64,000 nt of DNA from Octopus sinensis (GCF_006345805.1 NC_043008.1:40982001-41046000), one strand, 5' to 3'; shown: positions 27,261 to 40,756, numbered from the stretch's first letter. Made by a program: numbers and translations. Notes: generated from the sequence alone by a model not told the origin.

Positions 27261-27841
27261 CTGAAACAAAGCATTCCCGTCACTCATTTCGGTGTTTATC
27301 ACAATAAAATGATTTGATGAAATGTGAGAGTTAATTCTGCTTTTGTGTTCCTTTGCAGCAATAAAGTAATCAATAAATCAGGCAATCAGTGAAGCAATAA
27401 ATTAATCAAATTCATTTCACTGGAGAATATCCACTAATCGAACACTAACTTCACCTTAGCAGGAAATTGCAAATAGCCCGTGTGTAAATTGCGTACATGT
27501 TTATATGTGTATATATATGTGTGTGTCTGTGCGTGTGTGATAGTCTGCGAGTCTATGCGGGATTGTGTAATTATGTAGTCGCTGAAGACGTCTTTATTGT
27601 CATTGTTGTTCTGCCTGTTGAAAACAACGGCCAAAACGTTATGGCTTTGTAACGTTAATAGTATACTAGGGGAATACTGCACTGTTTGAAAACCTGCCAA
27701 TTTCTGTCCGTCTTTAAGAACACTGCACTCAACTGTGTCTATATTCCTTCACATTTTCCACAGATTTAACTGTATTCCAGACATCACGTTATTAACAACC
27801 AATCATTTATACATAGTCTCCCCCTTTACTAAAGGCGTCGT

Positions 27842-27899
<58 letters not shown>

Positions 27900-27984
27900 A
27901 TATATATGTGTGTGTTGGCATCAATAATGCAACTCGCTGTGAGTAAATAATAATTCTGCTGTTGATGGGGTACCTTAAATTTAC

Positions 27985-28072
27985 GAACAGCTCATGGATC
28001 CTTCCCCAGCAGTCAGCAATCTTTTAAATCCAAATTCTAAATCTGTTAAACCCATGATCTTATTCCACATTG
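27985..28072 (-). CDS. Candidate internal coding exon (88 nt, phase 1 to 2) of an unidentified multi-exon gene: (A)MWNKIMGLTDLEFGFKRLLTAGEGSMSC(S)
   Basis: Minus-strand acceptor ttgcactatttatAG and donor GTAAAT. Only one frame is open, composition is protein-like, and the sequence is unique (non-repeat). Phase matches the exon at 27216-27260. Confidence 0.6.
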
Positions 28073-28549
28073 CTATAAATAGTGCAACGTGTAATAATTG
28101 CTATCCGTCAGCCGAAGTAGTACTATAACATTCACATGTATTCTGTTAGAATAGTGTGTGTAATTGATCTCTATTGCTTATATGCAATTTTCGCGATATT
28201 GAAGCACTTGAGCATATAAACCTATAAAAGATCGAGCTCATGTACAACTAAGTAGTTTATATTATGTATTATGTATTGCAGTACGCAATGGCGAGAAATT
28301 TAAGCGTAATATAGTGAAGAAGCATTTCATTTGTTACAAACATAGAAACAAGCAACTGTATAATTTCAATTTTACTACTGTAAAATATAAATTTCGGTAG
28401 ATTGTCTTCGTAGCAAGATGGTAATTTCTTTCTCAAACAATTTACACCATTGAAACATTAAATAATTACTGAACAAATGGTCTTGGTGTGCTGATGAAAC
28501 AAAACTTAAAGGATTTATCGAGTATACGGAGGCAAATAAAATAAAACGA

Positions 28550-28773
28550 AATGCGCCCTTTTAAAAGCCTAGCCAGGCTCATGGGCCCGGTTTCCCGGTT
28601 TTTATGGCCGACGCTAATCCATTGCAGCGTTACTCATTATTGCCAGCTGAGTGGAGTGGAACAACGTGAAATGAAGTGTTTTGCTCAAGAACACAACGCG
28701 TTGCCCGGTCTAGGAATCGAAACCACAATCTTACGATCACGATACTGACACCCTAACCATTAAGCCACGCGCC
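28550..28773 (-). mobile_element. SINE family C-related copy with a different tail
   Basis: caacgtgaaatgaagtgttttgctcaagaacacaacgcg..ggaatcgaaacc..ctaaccattaagccacgcgcc. Confidence 0.75.
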
Positions 28774-29118
28774 ACGACATACGGAGGCAAAGAGAAAGCG
28801 ATATATGAAGTGACTCATTATCACTTCAATTCGGCGATGGATGTCATTAGTTAAGAAAGAACGAGAGAAGAATTTAGAATGATAACCAGTAATATAAAAC
28901 ATCATGGCAGAGTTATTTGCACACGAGCAATAGACTTAGTAGCATTTCGTCCACCTTTATGGTTGACCTTGCCTTTTATTCTATTCGGCTCTATAAAATA
29001 ACTACCCGTAGAGCACTCGATCGATGTACTAGAATAGCCCACCACCTTAATATTTCAAGCCTTGTACATATTGTAGAAATAAATATAAGACTTTATTTTG
29101 ACATATATATCGCTGTTG

Positions 29119-29320
29119 AGGCGTTGAGTTGGCAGCATCGGTAGCACGCTGGGCGAAATACTTAGCGGTATTACGTTCTAAGTTCAGATTCCGCCGAGGT
29201 CGACTTTGTTTTCCATCCTTTCAGGGGACGATAAAATAAGAACCAGTTGAGCAGGGAGTTCGATGTAATTGACTTCCACCTTCCACGAAATTCCAGGTCT
29301 TCAGCCGGTAGTAGACAGGA
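29119..29320 (+). mobile_element. SINE family B, diverged (a further fragment lies at about 28915-29100)
   Basis: gttggcagcatcggtagcacgctgggcgaaatacttagcgg..gccgaggtcgactttg. Confidence 0.78.
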
Positions 29321-29659
29321 CTATTTATCACTGCTGTCCCGGCGGATCGTTATGTTATTGATTTTTAGGATGTCACATAGAAAATAAACGTTTCAAATCA
29401 AAATTTAGATAGAAAGTTAAAATTATGATAGTTGAATCCTTTTATCCAGCCTATATATCCACAAGATAGTCTTGTAATGTAGAATGGTTAGGGTAGTATT
29501 GATTTCTGTCGACAAAATCAGTAAGAACATACAAACTGAAAAAGTTTCATGTATAAAAATACGGATTTTGTCTTCGTGCGCTTGGTTGACGAAACCAAAA
29601 AGCTTGATTCAGAATACAATGTTTTTCTCTCTCTCTGTCTATATACATACATATATATA

Positions 29660-29690
<31 letters not shown>

Positions 29691-29694
29691 ATAT

Positions 29695-29740
<46 letters not shown>

Positions 29741-30426
29741 CTGTGTGTCTATCAATCTATCTAACTATCCATCTATATATACAGATGTGTGTATGTGTCT
29801 GTTTTAAGGTGAGTTGTCAGAAAGAATATTTGACTAGAGTTATTTGGAAAGATTACTGAGAGAATATTATTATTAAAAGAAGCAAGAAAGAAAAATACAT
29901 GAACTATATCAAGATGTTATGAATAAATGGATTTCTATGGGAAGAAAATGACTCAATACAAAAGCAGTAACCTGATATGAACCATTCACACTCAGTCAGT
30001 AATGTAATACACAATCGACTTGGCTGCCAGCAGCTAAAGATGTGAATATATTAAATGTATATATGTATTCCTTGTAATCAACCACGTTTCATCGATTTGC
30101 TTAAATATGCGGATCTCTGACTGCAAATTGCAATTTATTACCGTCTTCTAACATGTAACTATGAGAACGGTAATATAATGTAACAATAAAGAGTGATAAT
30201 ATAATTTGTCAATTGCCCAATTATTTTATGGCTATTTCTAATTACCAGGCAGAACGTATATTAACGGAGAGGTTTACTAATATTTAAAACAAACCGAAAT
30301 TTAACTACAGTGCTTTAATTGTGTATAACACATACATTGGAATATATGAAACGTTAAGCATCGATAAGTGTGTTAGTTTCCTGCGAAAACGAATGTATGA
30401 CCCATATGTTCAATGAAATTATATCC

Positions 30427-30587
30427 GTAGGAGTGGCTGTGTGGTAAGTAGCTTGTTTACCAACCACATGGTTCCGGGTTCAGTCCCACTGCGTGGCACC
30501 TTGGGCAAGTGTCTTCTACTATAGCCTCGGGTCGACCAAGTGGATTATGAGTGGATTTGGTAGACGGAAACTGAAAGAATACCGTCG

Positions 30588-30620
<33 letters not shown>

Positions 30621-30855
30621 TGTGTGTGTGTGTGTTTGTGTGTATGTGTTTGTTCACCCAACAGCGCTTGACAACCGATGCTGGTGTATTTACGTCCCCG
30701 TAACATAGCGGTTCTGCAAAAAAGACCGATAGGATAAGTACTAGGCTTACACAGGCTATGTCCTCGGGGTCAATTTACTCGACTAAAGGCGGTGCTTCAA
30801 CATGGCCACAGTTAAACGACTGAAACAAGTAAAAGAGTAGAGTAAAAAGAGAGTA
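30427..30855 (+). mobile_element. SINE family A, full length
   Basis: gtaggagtggctgtgtggtaagtagcttg.. head (A/B-box-like), core, internal (TA)n(TG)n and tail aaacaagtaaaagagta. Confidence 0.9.
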
Positions 30856-31650
30856 ACTGAATTAATATCGCTTAATGTTTTCACTGCAATGCACGAACGA
30901 CACAACTTGTCGTTTACCCTGTTTAAGAATTGTCAATAAGATTTGCTGAGATATATGTGCTAGATTGCGCTACAGCATACGGACAGCTTCTATTGCAGGT
31001 ATCAGATTTGGGACAGACATGCCGATAACCTATTACATGTACCTTTTACGGCGTCAAAGTTAACTCAACAATAAAAATGGAATGAATTACCTTTATGCAT
31101 AAACTTATATATGAATTTACAGCAGTGAAATTTTAAGAAGCAACACTCTCCGCGAAACCACAAACAGAAGCATGGGATAATCTATAGCGCAAGTGATATA
31201 TTAAAGGATGCAGATCCACGGAGAATCGGGTTCCTCTCTGACACCAATTTAACCTTGTCAGTCTCAGAATGCTGATATATTACAATATATTACGCTATCG
31301 TTTTATTGAATTCTGAATTGGAGTAAATGAATGCTTTAAAGTATACATTTCGTACGTGAAGTGTGACATAATGTGATACGCTGCTTGAATCCGAACTCTA
31401 TGTAAGCCAATAGGTATTGATGTTTGTCTATAAATGATATGCAACGTCTTGATATGCAATGCAAAATATAAGTAAACCATAATCTGTGATGTTACTGGGA
31501 ATATGTAACGGCGCGATTATATGTGAGCTAAATATTTCATATGATACGAATAACAGGAAATAATATTCACAATAATCTAAGTCGTACCAACTACATTGAA
31601 CAGATACGTATCTGACAAATACACACACCTATATACATTTATATATATAT

Positions 31651-31723
<73 letters not shown>

Positions 31724-31726
<3 letters not shown>

Positions 31727-31771
31727 TTGTGAGTGGATTTGGTAGGCGGAAACTGAAAGAACCCTGTCGTA

Positions 31772-31823
<52 letters not shown>

Positions 31824-32044
31824 TGTGTGTGTATGTGTTTGTGTGTCAGTGTTTGTCCCCTTCTATTATTTGACAACCGATGCATTTGTGTTTACGTCCC
31901 CGTCACTTAGCGGTTCGGCAAAAGAGACCGATAGAATAAGTACTGGGCTTACAAAGAATAAGTCCTGGGGTCGATTTGCTAGACTAAAGGCGGTGCTCCA
32001 GCATGGCCGCAGTCAAATGACTGAAACAAGTAAAAGAGTAAGTG

Positions 32045-32045
<1 letters not shown>
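31724..32045 (+). mobile_element. SINE family A, 5'-truncated
   Basis: From gccttgtgagtggatttgg to tail ctgaaacaagtaaaagagta. Confidence 0.85.
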
Positions 32046-32099
<54 letters not shown>

Positions 32100-32107
32100 A
32101 TGTATAT

Positions 32108-32187
<80 letters not shown>

Positions 32188-32449
32188 CGTTTGTGTGTGT
32201 GTGTGTGTGTGTAACCATACACGTTTTCTGCGAAACAGAGACTAAGAAGTATGACTGAAAGCCTGAATCGAGGTGTAGCATATATAGAAACATATTTTTA
32301 CATAGTATTGTAGAGCAGGAGTTGGAAAAGGTAAAGCATACTCTTTTTCATAGGCCAATTTTTTGCACAATATGATTTGCTATACGAAGATTTGTGGAGA
32401 ACCTGCACGGTGTATCGGTGATCTTGGCAGTTCGTCAAGACCACCGATA

Positions 32450-32513
<64 letters not shown>

Positions 32514-32699
32514 GTGTGTGTGTGTGTGTGTGGTGTGTGTGTGTGTGTGTATGTGTATATACATATATATATAGTGAGATGGAGAGGGAAAAAGGAAAGA
32601 TGAAAAAATAAAGAAGAATTGTTTTGCAGGACCTAAGTGCATATTAGATCCATGATAATAAGAATATTATACAATTTTGTACAAAACAAAATATTGTTT

Positions 32700-33420
32700 T
32701 TTCAACATAATTGAAGTAACGACCAGTCTCGCATTACCCATCAGACTGCGAGTTGAAAAGGATATAGCGTTAGGAGAGATAATTCTTCACTCGCATCTTT
32801 TGCAATAAAGGGGAGGTAATTTTGTAAGTTTCCTTTTTCTTATTTTGTTCTCTACTTTATTCTGTCTTATAATTTATATTAGATGGGGTAAGTCCTTTAT
32901 TTTTTATATTGGTTCATATTATTTCTGGTTATATATTTTTGGATGAAAGATAATTCTTTATTCAGTGTTACACGTGTTGAGGTTAAGATGGTAAGTTGAC
33001 AAAATGGGAAAAATTACGATTTGTGGTTGTAATCGTCTGCACATTCGTCAATGTATTGACTGATGCATATTTAGCGATATTGTGGGGAGAATATTTGTTG
33101 TCTGTGGACCATAAATTTCTTTCGGATCGAATTTCCTTTTGAGACAATATAGTTTCGGTGGCAGCCCTAGTATCTGATTACGTAAATGAGGTTTTGAGAT
33201 GCGCAAGTGAAGTTTGATTTGATTTTCAATATTTGTTCTCTAAAATAGAATTCCAAACCTTCCAATAGATTGGGATATGTTCCGCGATTAGGGCAACCAC
33301 GCTTTACGACTCTTGTGTCCGTTATTTGCGCACCTTTTCGTTTAATGGTTGCCCTCAAATCGTCAACGTTTGCTGCTTTTTTCTATCAACTTTTTCTTCT
33401 TAAGCAAGTGCTCGTATGAA
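32700..33420 (-). mobile_element. Penelope-like element, GIY-YIG endonuclease fragment
   Basis: ..RGCPNRGTYPNLLEGLEF..IKSNFTCASQNLIYVI.., then GCHRNYIVSKGNSIRKKFMVHRQQI..PQYR (degenerate GIY-YIG). Confidence 0.8.
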
Positions 33421-33646
33421 GATAGTTATAGTAGAGGTGTGTATTGTGTTATAAAGCCGATGTGATTTCATCGCCTAATGGTTAGGATGTTGCACTCTCG
33501 GTCGCGAGATCGTCGTTTCACTTCCAAGACAGGATCGCGCGTGTGTCTTTGAGCAAAACATTTCATCTCATATTACTTCCGTACCTGACATGTGGTACAC
33601 CATGCCACTGTTCCAGTAACGACGATTTCATGGAGGGAGTGTTAAA

Positions 33647-33972
33647 GGAGCACTCCGTCTGTTACGACGACGAGTGTCCTAGGTGATACGATCATCAAAA
33701 CAACTTGCACGGGAAATTAACGTGCAAGTGGCTGAGCATTCCACAGACACGTTTACCTTTAACATATTTCGCATGGAGGTTCAGCCTGACACAGAGTGTG
33801 ACACATGCTGGCCCTTTCTGAAATACAGGTACTACTCATTTTTGCCAGTTGAGTGGACTGGAGCAACGTGAACTAAAGTGTCTTGCTCAAGGACACAGCG
33901 TGTCGCCGGGAATCGAACTCACAACCTTACGATCATGAGCCGTATACCCTAACCCCTAAGCCACACGCCCTC
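33647..33972 (-). mobile_element. SINE family C-related copy
   Basis: Shares the 3' body with 46653-47030 (gcactccgtc..ttacgacgacgag; gtggctgagca.tccacagacacg). A related plus-strand head fragment lies at 33470-33610. Confidence 0.82.
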
Positions 33973-34129
33973 ACTGGAGGAAGTGTGCTAATATACAGCT
34001 CGTATATTTGATCCCTTATTTGTGCAGCTCGTTCGGCATGCACTAAACATTCATACTTTGTCTTCAACTTGAGAGTTCATCATATATATTACATCTATGA
34101 TACATATATTATTATCATTATGTATAAAT

Positions 34130-34167
34130 ATAGATAGATAGATAGATAGATCGATAGATAGACAGAC

Positions 34168-34250
<83 letters not shown>

Positions 34251-34320
34251 CAGGTAGATATATAGATATATGTATAGATAAGTAGATAGATAGATAAACA
34301 GGCGGACAGACGGATGGATA
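34130..34320. repeat. (GATA)n tetranucleotide array
   Basis: Seen directly. Confidence 0.95.
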
Positions 34321-34543
34321 TATATACACACACACACACACACATATATATATTGGTGGGTTTATGCAGAGACATATTCTTCTCCAATTATACGTTGATA
34401 CACATCCGTATTTGTTTCGTACACAACACCTCATCGTTAAGCTTTTTTATGCCCATTTAATATGTGTAACGCTTCTCAATCAAAGGATATGCGTTGCTTC
34501 ATTTGCACAAACTAAAAAGAATATGACTTTCCACACAGCATAC

Positions 34544-34569
34544 CTTCTAAATTACGATGAACATTTCCC
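34544..34569 (-). CDS. Tentative micro-exon (26 nt, phase 2 to 1): GNVHRNLE(A)
   Basis: Acceptor ttttatattaaccttaattaAG and donor GTATGC; phase fits both neighbours. Short enough to arise by chance. Confidence 0.3.
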
Positions 34570-34938
34570 CTTAATTAAGGTTAATATAAAACTGCCGAGT
34601 GCTGTAACATAAATTTCTCTGAGCACGTAATTGACTACCAAAACTGTTGCGCTTTGCTTGCTTTGTAAAATTCTATTTACATCCATTAGAATTATTAGCC
34701 TTAATTGTTAGCCAATGATTAGTGTCTTTCGATTTGGAATGTCATACTTCGTTTTAACATCAGGTGTTTATGTGTGCTCCTGTTTGAGTGCCTGTGTGTG
34801 TGTGTGCAAGCGTGCGTGTATGTGTGTATTGGAAAAGCGGTGAACTTATACAGGGCTGAAAAAAAATCCGTAAGTTACATATATTTCGAGCGCAATGCCC
34901 ATATCAGAAACAGAACAGTAATATCAGGCAGTATTGGA

Positions 34939-35331
34939 AGGCGGTGAGCCGCAGCATCGTTAGCACGCCAGGCAAAATGCTTAGCGGTATTTCGTCTGCC
35001 GCTACGTTCTGAGTTCAAATTCCGCCGAGGTCGACTTTGCCCTTCATCCTTTCGGGGTCGATTAAATAAGTATCAGTTACGCACTGGAGTCGATATAATC
35101 GACGTAATCCGTTTGTCTGTCCTTGTTTGTCCTCTCTGTGTTTACTTCCTTGTAGGTAGTAAAGAAATAGGTATTTTGTCTGTCTTTACGTTCTGAGTTC
35201 AAATTCCGCCGAGGTCGACTTTGCTGTTCATTCTTTCGGGGTCGATAAATTAAATACCATTTGCATACTGGGGTCAATCTAATCGACTGGACCCTCCCCT
35301 AAAATTTCGGGCCTTGTGCCTAGAGGAGAAA
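34939..35331 (+). mobile_element. SINE family B with duplicated core
   Basis: Head plus two cores, the second with the alternative ..aaaatttc.ggccttgtgccta tail. Confidence 0.9.
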
Positions 35332-35398
35332 CAATATCAGGTGGTATGGGAAGTAGATAGCCCACGGTTGAGTGTATTTTGAGCAGTTTGGTTGGAAG

Positions 35399-35745
35399 TA
35401 AACACAGAGAGGACGAATAAGGACAGACAAAGGGATTAAGTCGATTAAGTCGATTCTTATTTAATCGGCCCCGAAAGGATGAAAGGCAAAGTCGACCTCG
35501 GCGGAATTTGAACTCAGAACGTAGCGGCTGACGAAATACCTATATCTTTATTACCCACAAGGGGCTAAACATAGCGGAGACAAACATGGACAGACATAGG
35601 TATTAAGTCGATTATATCGACCCCAGTGTTTAACAGGTACTTAATTTATCGACCCCGAAAGGATGAAAGGCAAAGTCGACCTCGGCGGAATTTGAACTCA
35701 CAACGTAACGGCTGACGAAATACCGCTAAGCATTTCACCCGGCGT
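35399..35745 (-). mobile_element. SINE family B with duplicated core, inverted relative to 34939-35331
   Basis: Reverse-complement cores gaaaggatgaaaggcaaagtcgacctcggcggaatttgaactca at about 35474 and 35658. Confidence 0.9.
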
Positions 35746-35995
35746 AAATGCCAAATTGTGAGAGATACATTGTAGTCCGAAAGTCTGGAAATGATGCGTT
35801 AGCATCACTCATGAATCTGTTAGCATTAACCATGTGTAAATCATCACGATTGTAATATAAAGCTGATTCTCATTACCACATAGTGGTTTTAATATTTGAG
35901 ACTGTATCCTCACGTCTTCCTATTGCAGTGAACAATATGGAGGGGAGGAAATCAATTTTTATTTCTTGATGTTGTCTCCTTCTATCAGATCAAAC

Positions 35996-36047
35996 CTGAT
36001 TAAACAGACTTCAGACAAAAGTATTTCAATAAGGTCGAATGACTGCA
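35996..36047 (-). CDS. Tentative exon (52 nt, phase 1 to 2): (V)QSFDLIEILLSEVCLI(R)
   Basis: Acceptor ggttgtttcAG and weak donor AG|GTTTGA; helical protein-like translation. Confidence 0.33.
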
Positions 36048-36429
36048 CTGAAACAACCTCGGGTTTTTCTTTTTTCGTATTTTGTTGCATTTATTGTGAT
36101 TCGCCATTTTGTGTTTCTTTATTTGGGATCAATACCACTATTATACATTCAAAATTATTTTTAAAGAAATAGCCAGTATTTTAGAACGCAATTGTAGCTT
36201 TGATAAAAATGCTTTTCACTTTAAAAAAAATATATACACCAGATAACTGGAGCTATTTCTTTTTTTAAAAATCTTGTTTGCATTTAATTTTAAATTGTAG
36301 CCATATTTCTGATTACTATGACTGATAATTTTATTATTACCATGCATATCGTTTTACATATACATAATTTGTATACATACTTGTGTATGCATATATGTAT
36401 ATACATATATACAGATATGATTGCACGCA

Positions 36430-36782
<353 letters not shown>

Positions 36783-37068
36783 GATCAGAAGGAGGCATGT
36801 GTTATATGTTAAGACTATAAATCTGAATTCATTTAAAAACAAGAGATATTCTTCACAGAATGTGCTTAAACAATAGTCATATGTTAAAATTTAAACTGCA
36901 TTATTTTCTTTTTGATGTCATTGTCGCTGTTTTTCTTTTTCATTATCATTTTCGTTAAAACACAATTTTCAAATTTGTGTTTCTTTATGCTTTGTTTGTT
37001 TCCTTTCTCTAATTACCATTTTATGTTCATAACGTTCATCAGTCCAATGAACAGCAAAATAACCCTAC

Positions 37069-37110
37069 CGTTTTTGCTTCTGATTATTTTTCCGAGCAGC
37101 CAAATGCAGT
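37069..37110 (-). CDS. Tentative exon (42 nt, phase 1 to 1): CIWLLGKIIRSKN(V)
   Basis: Long pyrimidine-rich acceptor ttttaatttctgtacttgctgttgttacattcaatAG and donor G|GTAGGG. An alternative frame reads LHLAARKNNQKQK. Confidence 0.4.
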
Positions 37111-38927
37111 CTATTGAATGTAACAACAGCAAGTACAGAAATTAAAATGGTATAATTATACCAAAGCGCGGCATCAAAATTCACTTTACATCAGAAATTG
37201 TATTGATTATTTTTGTTTTTCTGAGTATATTGTCCGGTGTTTTAGTGAAGTAAGGCACTACATGTGAAATTTACACCTTTCTTAAAATTGATTCTGGTCG
37301 AAGTGAAATATATTTATTTGCAAAGAGACGACAGTCGCATAGCGGCTTCAATCTTCCAAGAACTTTAAACTGAAATTAACTATTCATGAACAACACAAGA
37401 ATGGTTTCGTTTATGTGTTTTTTGTGGTAGTGCAAGTGACATGTAATAATTAAATTTCTGTTGCATATCAAAATTCTTCTCTATATATGATTTCTTGTCT
37501 GCACATGTCACATAGATATAATAAGCAAAATAGATATTATTGAAACAGTACATGTCGGTTGTGTAAGTAGTAAAATGGAATACATATTTCTAATAATGAA
37601 ATTCAAATTATTTTATATCAGTTTTAACACATACAATGTCTCTTTGTTTTATCTTACATTACCCTTAATATTTAGAACTTCCGCCGTCGGTGATATAAAT
37701 CAACGTTTTTGAAACAAAATAGTATACGTACTGATATATATTTTATTCAAAATGTCGACAATATTAGGAATTTCCTTGTTAGTAATACTGGCAACCGAAA
37801 TTATTAATAGCAGTTTTAAACAATTCTTGCTAACATTGTTATATACAGATTTTGAAATGTAATGGAATCAAGAGAAGAACGTGGAATATAGGCTGAGTTA
37901 CAAATATCTTTGTAAACTCATCGAAGAATTTATTCAAGGACAAATTTAAATTTGTCATACTGTACAAAAGTAATGGTGGGGAGGGCCTTCAGCATACCCC
38001 CAAAGAGCTCCTTTCAGAAGACCTAGCAGATATGCGAATCAGTGTACTGTCTATATATTTGTTGACCAGTGTAGCGCTTCTCTAAAAATTCGAGGAACAG
38101 TTGGACATATAATATACATCGTGCAGAACATTTCACTCTAGACCGCAATACATGGGCCACAGAGAGGCTGTCGTGACAGTACTAATTTTAGGGCCATATG
38201 TGTGGGGCGTAGAAGTTTTAAAAATACGGTTTTGAAGGAGATGTTATGGACTTAGATTTCTGTGATTTCAATGACATGATCAGGTACTCAGGTTCGTCTT
38301 TACATTGGTTACAGTTTGCATTTATTCACTCCTACTGTCTCCACCCAAGGTAATAAAATCAACACATTTCTCAAATCTGAAGTCTCCTTGCAACTTCAAT
38401 GATCATGCCAACTTTTTTCAGTCTCCGACTGATACTTGTGAATAGGTCTTGCAAAATAGGAACAGTTCTCGGAACCTCATATTAGTCACTTTTTCGTCCA
38501 GTCAGCGTAAATTTCTCAGAATTTGGCACGCAAATTAACATTTGAGAAGCATCACGTGGATTAGTTGCATGAAAGAAAACTTCCCATTTCCAAGGAATAT
38601 GTAGATCAGTTCGGAATTTAAACAGGACAGATGGATTGCAATCCAAATAAAGCAGACTACTTGAGGATTCTTTAGTACACTAAAACGTATGTGACATGTT
38701 TCATACAAAGTGTTGTAGGAGACATAGAATAAATAGTTTTGGAAAAAATTGACATATTTTGTTAACATGATTGCAGTTGTTATCATTGCAGATGCATTTG
38801 ATTAATTAGGCTGCAGAAATTACAGAAGATATCTAACTTTCAAAGAACAGAGTCCATCCATTATTCCACAAAGTTCCATTATGATGATCCCAGTGCATCT
38901 GTGAACCATACACTTTCACTATATATA

Positions 38928-39037
<110 letters not shown>

Positions 39038-39319
39038 TTGTTATATTTCGGAATGGTCATATTGCCAGTTTAGCCAATAAAAATTCTTGCAGAACAAATA
39101 TTGATTAAACCTCGCCAAGTTACATATTTAAACCACCTGAAGAATGACTGTAACTCGAAAATTTTAAGAATTGGACAGCCATGAAACGATCGTAGTGTTA
39201 TATTAATTATCTTTTTTAATAATTTGATATATTTAAATAATATAAATTAATTAATCTTATGTATTGGCTTAAGTTTTTCATTGTATGATTTACCTAATAG
39301 TGGTTTTATCTCTAATTTA

Positions 39320-39350
<31 letters not shown>

Positions 39351-39793
39351 GGGGGTGTTAACTTAAAGGTATTTAAATCCAATCCTTCTGTTTTTTAAAT
39401 TAATTGACAAATAGTATCCTCTTAATGTCCAGACCATTCCAACTCCTAATCTGGAGTTGTTTCAGGTATGTCTCCCATATATAATGCTCAGTATAGTACA
39501 TAGAAAATTAGTGATAAATAATAAACTGAAGTTAACAATTATTATTTTAGTTCTATAACTACCGGTATTTTCAATTCTATTATATTTATGTTATATTATA
39601 TTATATTTTACGACCTAACCAAAATACTCCTATCGTTATTATATATTTAACCCCCCATGCCAGCTATACCCCTCCGCTCGTATATAGGAATGTACCAGGA
39701 AGTATTATAACTATTCCGATTCTATTGCTAAATTTTAGTGAGTCGAAAGTTTCCCAGAGGGATAGCATGTAACATTAATTGATATATCCTTAC

Positions 39794-39834
39794 TTTCTCG
39801 GTTTCTTTTTCCTTTTCGGTCTGATGAAGTTTCA
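39794..39834 (-). CDS. Tentative exon (41 nt, phase 2 to 1): ETSSDRKGKRNRE(N)
   Basis: Acceptor ccaatttatatAG and donor GTAAGG; purine-rich exon body. Confidence 0.4.
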
Positions 39835-40299
39835 CTATATAAATTGGTATAATTAATTACTTACAATGATTATAATTATTATTATTGTAGTAATTAAGCC
39901 TGAGAATGGCACAAACAGAAACAGCTGTCAGATGAGATTTTGTCTTTTTAAGATCAATAAATGATAATTAATGTTTATCAATTATCAATCTTCAATGTTA
40001 TCTTCATTTTCTGTTTTCCTTATATATTTGTGTGTGTGTGTATTTGTGCATGTGTGCGTGTATTCGCACACGTGTGTGTGTGCCTGTGTACATGTACGTA
40101 TGTGTATATGTTTATAAAGTTGCCTAATACACAAGAAAAGATAGTACGAGGTGCCTTTCATTGTTTTTAGGATTCAAGGCAAGATAATTAAAAGAATAAT
40201 GTACAGTCGTAAGGGGTTACTAATCTGCAGGATAACTGGGTATTTCGTCGAAACTTATATTAGACTTCAGCTTCTGAAGCGGAGATGTACGCTTGTGAT

Positions 40300-40690
40300 G
40301 ATGATGATGGCAATCCATCAAGGTCGAGGATGATGGTCTTCGCGCAAATTTACTGGTGAGTCCGTAGGTGACCGATAAGACCAATTCTTGCTTGAAAAGA
40401 TCGGTCGCAGTGCGGACATGTAGTGCCAGAAGGGAGAGTCGCACGTGGTTGTTGTTGGCGCTGCTTCCGTCGTCGTATTTTCTCATCCAGCTCTGCAGAC
40501 CTTTTCGACTCGAAAGTCGCCGTTCCCTCATGGATGGTGGTTTTCCAGAGTGGTCTGTTTTTTGCCGTTTCATCCCAGTTAGTGAAGTCGATGTCACACT
40601 TTTTGAGGTTCGTTTTCAGGGAGTCCTTGTAGCAATACCGAAATAGGAGTCAGATGGAGAGAACACTTCGGTACGCTTGTAGATCACAAA
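40300..40690 (-). mobile_element. RTE/BovB-clade LINE 3' end with terminal C2H2 finger
   Basis: Frame YKDSLKTNLKKCDIDFTNWDETAKNRPLWKTTIHEG..TCPHCDRSFQARIGLIGHLRTHQ*, followed by a (CAT)n tail. Confidence 0.85.
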
Positions 40691-40756
40691 TGTCTTATAT
40701 ACAACAATATTGATATATAGTCTTTCATATGGCAACAAAATATAAGCAGCGAAAAC

